From Azolla caroliniana (lineage: Eukaryota > Plantae > Polypodiophyta), in the NCBI GenBank assembly GCA_043228905.1, contig JBHGNT010000006.1:2294001-2358000 (forward strand): DNA of 64,000 bases, in the 5' to 3' direction. The translations under genes were made by a program, and so were the position numbers. Below, in pieces: positions 26,201 through 36,760 of the stretch (within the stretch, counting starts at the first letter, position 1; the number at the start of each line of letters is the position of its first letter). The notes under the pieces were generated by a model that made no database searches, was not told the origin of the DNA, and worked only from the letters and a program-made list of their open reading frames with translations.

Positions 26201-28246
26201 AAGAACTCTAGCGGGACTTAGATCCTCACCTAAGCTACTAAACTCACAAAGAGACAAAATTGATAGATTTTGGAACAGCGTTCATTTCAAACTTATGTGT
26301 ACAATCACAGTTAGTTTGCTAAATACTATAGTGCCACTTGCTAATAAATGTGCGACTTAAAGCACTAGCTTCCTTGAGCTTCTCTAATGGTTTTCATTCT
26401 TGGGTCATTCCCAGCATGAACCTCCTTCCATATATTATGATCATTAAATTACATAACAGGGAAATTGGGAATGACTTGAGATAAGTTGTCTATATTCTTC
26501 TGGTCTGTTTCTGTGGCTCTTTTCTGCATTTCATTTTCACAAGGATGTTTGTTGCAGTTGTGTACCATCCTATACCTCTTTCATTTCCCTCGAAACTAGA
26601 GCTAATCCAATGCAGTTTTCTAGAGAATGGAGACAAATACTTCTTACCTCAAGTCCTCCAAATCACAAAGATCTAATTAAAAATTCTAGACAAAATAAAT
26701 AAATAAATATATATATATATATTTGTACATGCATAATGCAAATGAGAAGGATGTTTTGTATACCTGGGCGTTTTCTTACAGGACGCTTTTCTATCAGACT
26801 CCCACTTTCACTTTTTACCACCTTCATCTTGCTTAATGTAGAAGGTTCAGTCCGAGGTGCCGCTGGTGAGGTGTGGGGCTCTGGAATCTTTTTCACCAAT
26901 CCTCCTTTCACACTTAAGCTAGAGGACCCATTTGACCCAGGTACTATTAAAGATGAATTTCTATCCATCTTTTCTTTTATCGGAATGTCCCTATTTTGCT
27001 CTATTTTGACTTTTGTAAGAGAATCGGAGGTGTGAGTTCCTGATGGACTAAGACAGCTTTTTGCACTAGCCAATTGAGACTCAGCATCTGTGAGTCTCTT
27101 TCTAGCTCTTCCTAGCTGCACAAATTTGGAGTTTCTATAGATTATATAAAATCCTGAATTCAGGATCAGTCGTATAGATCAGTAGAATAGGAAATTTCCT
27201 TCACATTATTGCTAAGCTTTTTTTTTTTCATACAAATTTATTACAAGTGTTCCTCTCCCATAGAGGTTGAGGAACCATTCAATTGGATAATATGGCTATA
27301 ATGCAATCCCAATATAAGTTTTCGCTGTATATTATATACTATTCTAAATTCAGGATCTGTCTTATAGAACTTTATAATGGTATTCGACTTCAATTACATT
27401 CTTGTTATGCATTTTCTTTCTATACAAACTTTTCAGTCGTTTGATCTTCTCTTTAAGGTGCTAATCAAATTGACAGGATGGCTATAATGCAAGCCCAAGA
27501 CGTTCTCTTTAGATTACATACCATCCTGAATTTGGGCTCTATCTTATAGGCCACTAGACACATAGCAAACTCCAATCACATTCTTACAATACATTTCCTT
27601 CATATAAAGTTATAAACAGTCAGAAGCTTTTTCTTCACCTTTGAGATCCTTTTCAAAAGAATACTATGGCTAGTTTATGCAAGCCCAATAAGTGGAAGAA
27701 ATAATTGAAAAAAAATACAAGGACTCCACTGAATAGTTTACAACATTGTGTACAATTTACTTAAAGCATCCTTAAGTTGATGAAAACATTTTATTTCTCT
27801 CCTGATTAATATTGTAAGAAATCGTTTTTCCCAATGCTATATATGGAAAATGGAATATATAATATACATATGCATCCACATTCTACTTCTCGATGCATGA
27901 TGCACTTAAGCACACACACATACACACATATGCGCATAAATATGTACACGCATATACATATACAACAATTTCAAAATGTAAGACAGTATCCCAAATAATT
28001 AGCAAAAACACACGGACAAGAATGCATGATGAAAACCTGTAATTCAGCTTTCCGAGCTTCAGCTTCGGCCTTGACTAATTCAGCACGACAATCATTGACA
28101 AGCTGAGACAGAGCTTGTAAGTGTTCTGGCATTGGAATCTTCACACTTTCTCTTCCTTCATCATATGCAGTATCTCTCTTGGGTCGTTTAGGCTCAGGAT
28201 TATCTTCTTCTTCTTTAGGAGAGGAAGGGGTCCTTGACCTCATCAT
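19795..28246 (-). CDS. N-terminal coiled-coil plus C-terminal WD40-repeat protein (transducin family, At5g50970-like), 7 exons, about 539 aa
   Basis: Exons (minus strand): 28246-28037, 27115-26764, 22759-22603, 22171-22127, 20924-20765, 20682-20309, 20116-19795; GT-AG introns with consistent phases. Motifs: PKRPK (NLS-like), SQHKRKLRSL, TSALDGIISLWQ, RRWPEDMVWHPNG, FVTGGSDHAVCLW, HSSAVMGVAG, ASGSTDPKIHIFDIRY, AHQKRVFKACWH. The start codon is less certain. Confidence 0.9.
23252..23295. repeat. (CT)n microsatellite in a WD40 gene intron
   Basis: Read directly from the sequence. Confidence 0.95.
23615..23800 (+). mobile_element. Ty1/copia integrase core fragment, frameshifted relic, in WD40 intron 2
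   Basis: Translates as FHTFCLQRGIACH/FSIPNSPEPNGGVERTNKLVKEMARLMLSQSDLPQ/FWVEAVHTAVYII with frameshifts. This matches the copia integrase consensus F..FC...GI.H..S.P.TPQQNGVAER.NR.L.EMARSML....LP..FWAEAV.TA.Y. Confidence 0.8.
24543..24686. repeat. Perfect two-copy tandem duplication of about 71 bp
   Basis: agataagatatacatgggggacataaggcagtattcaattgaatctaatggatagccagatataatgagaa occurs at 24543 and 24614. Confidence 0.92.
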
Positions 28247-29535
28247 CCTCTCTTTTCTTCTTCCTTCCTTCCTTCCTTCCTTCCGTCTGCTTCTTCTTCT
28301 TCTTTCTGGATCTGCCACACTGAAGAATGAATAGATGAATGAAGCATGAATCGATTGTCCTTGTTCCTTGGCTTGTTTCTTCTTGGGCGATTAGTTGGCA
28401 CTCACAAGATGTGTTAGTCTCTCTATGTTACATAACATAACATATATCTAATAACCTATCTATCTATGTGTATGTACTATGTATGCCTCGGCATTATCGC
28501 TTTTTCGAGATCTTCCTTAGCGAACAATCTCAGATGCAAGTGAATCTGATTCAATCCACTTGCTACGTTCGCATGGGAATCTCCTCGTGCTATACTACCT
28601 AAGTTGTTGTCGTTGCTATGTTTATATGTGCATATATGTCTTGACATTATCGCCCTTCAATATCTCCCTAGAAACTCAATTTCCTTAGATGATGTCCTCT
28701 TATCTTACTCAACTTGTGTGTGTGTGTGTGTGTGTGGCGATCACCTTGTAGTCCCTCAAAGATTAGAAGCTAATGGCGATGGTCTCAATCAAGACTCAAT
28801 TTACACAGGTTGAATCAACATACACAATCAAACCCACCCCCCGTCGATGGTAGAGAATAGCAATCAACAAAGAGTTCACGAGTCTGAGCATTAGACTTTG
28901 ATGCAATGATCCACCTTAGTCCTTCAACTACATTCGAGTTTGCTTTCCACATACTATTACTTTAGTCCAATCCCTGTGCGTACTTCTCTTGTAGTCACAA
29001 TGCCAACTCTGAACTTCAACTATTTTTAGTAAAATTCTTAAGCATTAAGAGTGACCACTCAACTCCACACATACTACGAGATAATGTTTCACTTTTAGTC
29101 CCATAGGTAATATCTGACCCCATGGACGATACTAGCTCTCTCTCTTTGGTGAAAACACACAATTATATTAATAAATGTGTGTGAAAAACATTGTAATGGT
29201 ACCACAATTCCTACATGTGTAGTGGGAAAATAAAAACTCCTTTGAGGGAAGAATTTTGAATTGTTCCAAAAACTAAATTGGCCACATCAATACTCACATA
29301 AAGTTTCATAAATAAAATGCTCTGACCCCATGCCTATCAATAGACAAAAGCATTATGCACATCCCAATTATGATGCAATCCCCCATCTCTCAAAAATAGG
29401 AAAACAATCTCCATCTCTAATTTTGGGTTGAGCAATGTGAATTGTGCATTACCCAATGTCTTGGCATGACAAAACATGACGAAACATGCCAAATCTAAGA
29501 AATATAACCCTAAAATTGAGGAGCAATCAAACATT

Positions 29536-30102
29536 TGTTAAGGATCTATGTATCAATGGAGTAAGGTCCTCGATGTCGTGCGGGATTCGGACCGACGTAT
29601 ACCCTCTTGATGGTGAATCGGGCGGAGATGGTTGTCGGATACCTCCGAGCCTCACACTCACTTAACGATTAGTAAATGATTAAGCACGATATCTCTCTCA
29701 CTCTCTCAAGCTCTCTCTCATAAACAATAGATCAAGAGTATAGACAATAAGAAGCAAGAGTATGTCTATTATTAACCCTCTTTGCTAAGAGGTCTATCAC
29801 CAACAAGGAGAGAGATTAGTGTTCCCTAACTCAACACTTCACTAATCTCTCTTAAGTTCAAAGGTTTACAAGAAAGAGGAGAGGAAGCTCTAGCTCTAAT
29901 CAATAGGAGATCTTTACAAATGGGAGAACTGTCACAAAGCCACTACTATGTGGTTTATATAGCTTTCACGTTTAGGGCATGGGCCTTTCACATTTGGCCG
30001 TCTCTTTGCTTTCCTTTCCTTTTGTCGTTTCCTCTTCGTACTACGTCCTTGTTGATGCGTTTTTATTCGTGACTGGTTGTGTTGTTATCCCAACGCTTAA
30101 AA
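29536..30102. mobile_element. Solo LTR of an LTR retrotransposon, about 567 bp
   Basis: Starts TGTTAAG and ends CTTAAAA (expected CTTAACA, one mismatch). Perfect 5-bp flanking duplication ACATT at 29531-29535 and 30103-30107. A TATA-like ctatataaa lies on the minus strand near 29955-29963. Confidence 0.7.
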
Positions 30103-31556
30103 ACATTGAATCATGCATAAGAAACAATTGTTTGTTGCTAGTACATGTCATTTTAGAGCTAATCCCAAAGGTAAACCCCCAATCAATTATCAGCAAATGA
30201 AGATCTTTGCTTGAAGTGACAATTTACAATTCAACTACGTCTCAAATTCTATTACAATCCATAATCTGAGTTACATACCAAGATGCACAAGTTCCATGCA
30301 ACTCTCTGTCTCTCTGTCTCTCTCTTTGTGTCTCTTTGTCTCTGTCTCTCACTAGACACTACAATAATGTACACTTGCACAAGTTTCCTTAACCAAAAGA
30401 TCAAAGATGAGGAGTATCTTACATTGCCACAACCATCCAATTAATTAAGAATAATCACATCCACCGATTTCCCACGATTGATCCAATATGGACATAGTAG
30501 GCCCACCTTTTAGGCACATGTGTATACTCTTGATTGTCTTAAGCATAGAAGCAACCTTAAGAAGCTTTGAGATTTAGACATCAATACATGAGCCACATGT
30601 GGCTACAACCTTTCCATAAACAAAAGAGACTCTAATGTAACACCTTATTTGTGACTTGTAGTGTTTCTAGGCTCTTGAGGACAATAAAATATCATTTTCA
30701 TGGTTGTTGTCACAATCCATTACTCTCTCTGAAGTCACTCAACTTGTCTACGAATAATATATTTTGAGCATGGAAAAGATTGATATTAATAAGGTTGATG
30801 GGTCAATGTATAATTTGGATTTTTTTTATAAAGATCCTAAGAGCAATGACCTTATCCATTGATTTTGCATTTAAATCCCCTCTATTGTGGTGAGCTCAAC
30901 TGCATATCGTGTAGTGTTTGGACATATTTTGGGATAATAATGGGGTAAGGATGGAGTATGTGAAATATTAGCGTTGGAAGAAGGTATCCACATTCCATGC
31001 ATATTATGAATAGGTTAGCTAAACATGGATTATTCTACAAAAGCGTGCAATATACAAGTCATATATTGGATGGCTCAAGACTTTAACTCAACCTTCCCTC
31101 CTTTGTAGTTTGAATATGTGTCATAACACATGGCTCAACATGTGTGCTTTGTTATGGGCATGGCCATATAATATCCCGTGGTAAGATCATACCATAATAT
31201 TCTATACACGTGGATAAAGTGTGAGGGTTAAATGAGAGTGTAAAGAAGGGAAGGATTACTTTTAATCCTTGGAATTGAGACAACCTATTAAGGTCAAGGG
31301 TGAACTTGCATGGGGGCCTTAGATCTAAAAGAAATAAAATCACCAAAAGAAGGGGAGGTTAAGACAAGTTAATCGAAGAAAGAGAGGTGTAGGAGTGAAG
31401 GAGAGTCATAAATAAACTTCAATAGGGGAGTTGGGGCAAGTAGACAAAACTGAAAGGGACCACAACTATTTGGTACACAAGAAACAAAACTTGAGTTAGG
31501 AATTGGAACATGGACAATTATTCAAAGGGCAAGTTGTACTGACCCACACACTGCCC

Positions 31557-31810
31557 GCTTTACTAGATGCCATTGGAGTGTGTAGGGGCCGAATACACAA
31601 TGATCTTATGGTTTGTACCAGGCAACCACAGTTGGGCATGCAACACCTGCTTTACTAGATGCCAATGGAGCGTGTAGGGGTCGAATGGGCTGAATACACA
31701 ATGATCTTATGGTTTGTGCCAGGCAACCTCAGTTGTGCACACGGGTTCACATCACTACTATAGTAACGACCATATTAGATGCCACTTTGGAGTGTCGGGG
31801 TCGAACACGC
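31557..31810. repeat. Imperfect tandem repeats of about 92-100 bp (2 full copies and 1 partial) upstream of the PPR gene
   Basis: gctttactagatgcca.tggag.gtgtagggg...gaatacacaatgatcttatggtttgt.ccaggcaacc.cagttg occurs near 31557 and 31649, with a partial copy near 31773. Confidence 0.8.
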
Positions 31811-32090
31811 GACCTTCTGATCTCCGACAATTTTACGCTACTGGCACCCGGGGGGGCTGCCTCTCCAATGTTGTTTTCTTTCTTTTCTCAAAATAAAGTG
31901 CTTCAAATAGCAATAGAGAATTCAGAATCTTCCATGCTACTTGGACCCTCATGGCTCTCTGTTTTGATGTATACTGAGAAAGTGTGTGTACTTGTACAGT
32001 CGTCTCAAGAAACAGAGCAATTCTAACACACGAAGAGATATAACAAGGGAGAAAGAGCTTACTGATCCTATCAACACATGGAATTTCTCA

Positions 32091-35000
32091 ATGAAAAGCA
32101 TTAGTGCGAGGGGCAATGCCGGCCAAATGGATGCTTTCACTTTTGTGTCCTTGGTTAAGGCATGTGCTAAGAAGAAGGATCTTTCTACAGGGTCTAGATT
32201 GCATGCTGATATCCTCAAAAACGGTCTCCTTGAGAAAAGTCCTTATTTAGCGAGCACTTTGATCAACATGTATGCCAAATGTGGCCAGCTTTCTAAAGCA
32301 GAAGGAGTTCTTAAAACTGTTCCAACCCGAGATGTTGTATGTTGGTCGGCTTTAATTGCGGGATATGTCCAACAAGGACATGGCCATGAAGCATTGAATT
32401 GCTTTGAAAGTATGCTAAGAGAGGGCGTCTCCCCTGATGCTATCACATTCACTTGCATCTTAAAAGCTTGTGGTAAAATGGGCGCTATTGATAAGGGTAA
32501 GAAAATCCATCATGAGATTGTGAGAAGGGGCTTGTTAGAGAAAGATATTGTGCTTGGCACTGCTTTGGTGGATATGTATGCCAAATGTGGTATGTTAAAG
32601 AAAGCACAACAAGTATTAGAAGACCTTCCTTTCCGGAATATTGTATCTTGGTCTGTACTCATTGCTGGGTGTGTACAACATGGTCAGAGTCATGAAGCAC
32701 TGAACTGTTTTGAACGTATGCAAAGCGAGGGTCTCCCCCCTGATATGGTCATTTTTGTTTGCCTCTTGAAAGCATGTGGTAGCATAGGGGCCATACATAA
32801 AGGTAAGCAAATTCATGATGAGATTGCCAGTAAGGGATTATTGGCTACCGATGTTATGCTCGGAACTGCTTTGGTGGATATGTATGCCAAATGCGGGATG
32901 CTTCTAAAAGCAAAGCAAGTACTAGAGGAGCTTCCGTTTCGAAATGTTGTTTCTTGGTCAGCTTTAATCTCAGGGTATGTTCAACAGGGGCAAGGCCATG
33001 AAGCATTGAATTGTTTTGTGGAGATGAAACGTAACGGCATCTCCCCAGATGTGATCACATTCATATCAATCTTGAAAGCCTGTGGGAGCACATGTGCAAT
33101 AGAAAAGGGAAAACAAATTCATGAGGATATTGTTAGTAAAGGATTTTTGCATAAAGATATTATGCTTGATAATGCTTTGGTTGACATGTATGCCAAATTT
33201 GGTATGCTTGCAAAAGCACAACAAGTGCTAGAAGATCTTCCCATTCGAGATGTGGTCTCTTGGAATGCATTAATGGCAGGATATGTCCAACAAGAGCAAG
33301 GGTATGAAGCATTTGACTGTTTTGAAAGAATGCAAAGGGATGGTGTGTCTCCAGATACAGTCTCATTCATCTGTATCTTGAAGGCTTGTGCAATTGGTAG
33401 GCTGATGGACAAGGGAAAACAAATACATGAAGAGATTGTCCATATGGGCTTGCTAGAAAAGGATATTGTTCTTGGTAATGCTTTAGTGGATATGTATGCC
33501 AAATGTGGTATGCTTGAAAGAGCACAACAAGTTCTGGAAGGTCTTCCTGATCAAACTGTTATCTCTTGGTCTGCATTGATTTCAGGATACACCCAACAAG
33601 AGCGATGCCATGAAGCACTCAGCTGCTTTGATCGAATGATGAGCGAGGGTCTCTCTCCAAATTCTGTCACTTTTATTTGCATTTTAAAGGCGTGTGCCAA
33701 AACGGGAGCGATAGACAAGGGCATACAAATTCATGATGAGATTTTGAATAGAGGATTATTGGATAAAGATATTGCCCTTGGCAATGCATTGGTGGATATG
33801 TATGCCAAATGTGGTTCACTTTTGAGAGCACGACAAATGCTTGATATGCTTCCTGTTCGAGATGTAATCTCATGGAATACTCTTATTGCAGTGTATGCAA
33901 ATAGTGACCAATGCGAGGAGGCACTGAATTGTTATGAAAAGATGCAAAGGGAGGGCCTCATACCAGATGCAGTAACCTTCATTTGCATCTTGAAAGCTTG
34001 TGGAAATGTTGGGGCTATAGATAAGGGCAAACAAATTCATGAATCAATTGTGAATACAGGCTTGTTGCAGAATGATGTTGTACTTGGTACTGCATTGGTT
34101 GATATGTATGCTAAATGTGGTATGCGGTCAAAGGCACGACAAGTACTCGGAGACCTTTCCGTACGAAACACAGTGTCTTGGAATGCTCTTATGTCAGGAT
34201 ATGCCCAACAAGGTGAAGGTCATGAAACATTGGATTGTTTTGAGAGGATGCAAGAGGAAGGCATCTTGGCAGATGCAATCACATTCATTTTCATTTTGAA
34301 GGCATGTGGCATCGTGGGTGCCATAGACAAGGGAAAACAAATCCATGAAGAGATTGTAAACAGGAACTTGCTAGGGAAAGATGCTATACTTGGTACTGCT
34401 TTGGTGGATATGTATGCCAAATGTGGTGCATTGGATAAAGCACAAAAGGTTTTGGAAGAGCTTCCAGCTCGAAACATGGTATCATGGTCTGCCCTTATTG
34501 CAGGGTATGCTCAGCAAGGGCAAGGTGATGAAGCATTGAACTGTTTCCAAGAGATGCTGTGTGAGGGACACTCTCCAAATTCAGTCACATTGCTATGTGT
34601 TTTGATTGCATGTAGTCGCTCAGGGCTATTGGAAGAAGCCCAAATGATATTCAGAGATATGACTGAAAGATATGGTATAAGTCCCGGGATAGATCATCAT
34701 ACAAGTATGGTTCTTGTTTTCGGATGTGCTGGGCAATTTGATAGGGCGATGTCAGTGATAAGAGTGATGCCATCTTCTGACCATCCAGAGGTTTGGCTTG
34801 CATTGTTAGGTGCTTGTAGAAAATGGGGAAATGTGAAGCTAGCAAAGTTGGGATTTGATCAAATAATCCAGCTTGATGATGCTGCTTCCCCAGCTGCTTA
34901 TGTCCTTATGGCTAATATCTTTGCAGCTGCTGGTATGCAAAAAGATGCTGAAAATGTCGAAGCACTGAGACGAAAAGACTTGGCTTTGAAGAATGAAGGA

Positions 35001-35396
35001 AATAGTATCTGGGTTGATGCAAGTGGAAAAATTCATTCATTTTCTCACAGACATAAAAGACATTCTCAGATTGGAGATATAAAGGCCAAGCTAGAAGTCC
35101 TCTCCCTTAAAATGCCACACTATGGATATTTCCCAACTATGCATTGGTTATCGAAAAGCATTTCAGGTCATGGAAAAGAGGTGGGATGCCAGCATAATGT
35201 ATTGTTGGCCATTGTGTGTGCCCTTATCAATACAAACCAAGGTGAAACTATACATGTTACAGATAATTTGCATATTTGCAATGACTGCCAAATAGCCACA
35301 TCAGCTATATCAAAGATAGAGAAACGAAAAATCATGGTTAGGGGTCTAAACTGCTATCATGGCTTTGAAGATGGAAAATGCACTTGTGAACATTAG
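32091..35396 (+). CDS. Intronless PLS-class pentatricopeptide repeat protein (26 motifs) with E1, E2 and a degenerate DYW domain, of the organellar RNA-editing-factor type
   Basis: The reading frame is open from 31986 to 35396; the first in-frame ATG is at 32091. Eight L-S-P triplets of 102 aa (306 nt; the MYAKC/FG motif recurs every 306 nt) are followed by L2, S2, E1 (VWLALLGACRKWGNV), E2 (AAYVLMANIFA), a PG-box-like GNSIWVDASGKIHSF, and a DYW-like HNVLLAIVCALINT...NLHICNDCQ...YHGFEDGKCTCEH*. Confidence 0.95.
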   Translation: MKSISARGNAGQMDAFTFVSLVKACAKKKDLSTGSRLHADILKNGLLEKSPYLASTLINMYAKCGQLSKAEGVLKTVPTRDVVCWSALIAGYVQQGHGHEALNCFESMLREGVSPDAITFTCILKACGKMGAIDKGKKIHHEIVRRGLLEKDIVLGTALVDMYAKCGMLKKAQQVLEDLPFRNIVSWSVLIAGCVQHGQSHEALNCFERMQSEGLPPDMVIFVCLLKACGSIGAIHKGKQIHDEIASKGLLATDVMLGTALVDMYAKCGMLLKAKQVLEELPFRNVVSWSALISGYVQQGQGHEALNCFVEMKRNGISPDVITFISILKACGSTCAIEKGKQIHEDIVSKGFLHKDIMLDNALVDMYAKFGMLAKAQQVLEDLPIRDVVSWNALMAGYVQQEQGYEAFDCFERMQRDGVSPDTVSFICILKACAIGRLMDKGKQIHEEIVHMGLLEKDIVLGNALVDMYAKCGMLERAQQVLEGLPDQTVISWSALISGYTQQERCHEALSCFDRMMSEGLSPNSVTFICILKACAKTGAIDKGIQIHDEILNRGLLDKDIALGNALVDMYAKCGSLLRARQMLDMLPVRDVISWNTLIAVYANSDQCEEALNCYEKMQREGLIPDAVTFICILKACGNVGAIDKGKQIHESIVNTGLLQNDVVLGTALVDMYAKCGMRSKARQVLGDLSVRNTVSWNALMSGYAQQGEGHETLDCFERMQEEGILADAITFIFILKACGIVGAIDKGKQIHEEIVNRNLLGKDAILGTALVDMYAKCGALDKAQKVLEELPARNMVSWSALIAGYAQQGQGDEALNCFQEMLCEGHSPNSVTLLCVLIACSRSGLLEEAQMIFRDMTERYGISPGIDHHTSMVLVFGCAGQFDRAMSVIRVMPSSDHPEVWLALLGACRKWGNVKLAKLGFDQIIQLDDAASPAAYVLMANIFAAAGMQKDAENVEALRRKDLALKNEGNSIWVDASGKIHSFSHRHKRHSQIGDIKAKLEVLSLKMPHYGYFPTMHWLSKSISGHGKEVGCQHNVLLAIVCALINTNQGETIHVTDNLHICNDCQIATSAISKIEKRKIMVRGLNCYHGFEDGKCTCEH

Positions 35397-35546
35397 CGTG
35401 GAATACTTTGATCAATCAATCATATGTTACATGTTGAAATGCTGTTAAACTGCTTTCATGGCTTTGAAGATGGAAAATGCACTTGTGAACGTTAGTGTGG
35501 AATACTTTGATCAATCAACCATATATGATATGTTGAAATGCTGTTT
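35347..35546 (+). repeat. 99-bp tandem duplication spanning the PPR stop codon
   Basis: taaactgct.tcatggctttgaagatggaaaatgcacttgtgaac.ttag.gtggaatactttgatcaatcaa occurs at 35347 and 35446. Confidence 0.92.
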
Positions 35547-36491
35547 GATAAGGCATAAATGCCAGCATGCATCCTTTCATGTGTGCTTTTCTGATCGAGA
35601 TCAAAGTCCTGGACTTCAAAAAATTTATCCCATTATTATTCTTTCATCTCTATCCATTTATGAGGCATTTGGTCTGAAGATTTGACAAAACGCAAGTCTG
35701 GGATGATTCCTGAAGATCTTGATTCGCATCCAAAGTCAATCGACTAGAAAACTGCAAGCAAGGGTAATGGGATACTGAAGGAAGTAAGAATTATGCCATG
35801 CCATAATAAACCTGATTTCAAAAGTGATGCTTACAGAGAAAATGAGGGGGTGTATGACATTCTTAGAACGGCCTTGCACATACATCATCATATTTGGACA
35901 AGTTGTGGGGAAAAATTAAGTCCTTGCAACCATATACATTATCCATTCTTTGAATCAATATTTGTCAAACTTCACTCTGGAGTGGAAAGTGCAAGAAAAC
36001 AATGTGGGCTCTTGATAACATAAAAATGTCCACCATCAGCTTATAAGCCCACGGTACAGTGCCAAAAAAGGCCCAGAACTATTATTTTTGCCATGTTGAC
36101 CATGCACACACACTCCTTTGAAGCTTACTATTGTAAAGAAAAAAAATTCAAAGTGATTTCTATAATCTCATGCATGGCAATTATTTGAGAGACGGGCTAA
36201 CTTTGATTGCAGCCTGAGTAATAAGTTTTACAGCGAACTTTTTGTACTAGTGATCGTGCTATTATCCAATAGAGATTGTGCCCATTGGGTTATGATACCA
36301 AGTATTATAGAGGACAAAAATTGAGGATTCCATTAGAAACCTACATTATTAGCTACCTTACGATAAGGTGAAGACCCACAAAAAAGTGCATACGCGTGAA
36401 AACCATTTTTATGGGACCATTTTCTAGTAGTAGGCATTCAATAAAGACATGCTTGAGTGCAAACAAATTGTGTGTTTCAAAATAATTTAGA

Positions 36492-36760
36492 GCCAAGCTG
36501 GCAAGACCAGTATGTAAATGATTATGTTAGTTTGCTTGACACGATGCGACACGCCATGTCTTCTATTTGTACATAATAACATTTGAACCCAAGCTGGCAA
36601 GACCAGTAAATTATTATGTTAGTTTGCTTAGGATGATGCTACACGCCATGTCTTCTATTGTACATAATAACATTTGGACCCAAGTTGCCAAGAATAGTAA
36701 ATCATGTCCTAGTTCTTTTGGGGTGGAACTACATGGCCCATCTTCTATTGTACATGATCA
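36492..36760. repeat. Imperfect tandem repeats of about 97 bp
   Basis: ccaagctggcaagaccagta...ttatgttagtttgctt...acacgccatgtcttctatt.gtacataataacattt occurs twice, with a diverged third copy. Confidence 0.75.

Noticed and set aside
25700-26220. Purine-rich short ORFs in WD40 intron 2, as a possible nested gene or gag remnant
   Set aside because: They are fragmented by stops and have no recognisable motif, so no call can be supported.
34990-35396. Active U-to-C (DYW:KP) editing enzyme
   Set aside because: It lacks the HAE-type motif, the catalytic Glu and a KP-type N-terminal box. The sequence looks closer to a degenerate WW type, pending an HMM check.
35394-35500. Stop-codon readthrough into the duplicated C-terminus
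   Set aside because: An in-frame TGA follows five codons after the TAG (CGT GGA ATA CTT TGA), so readthrough cannot reach copy 2.
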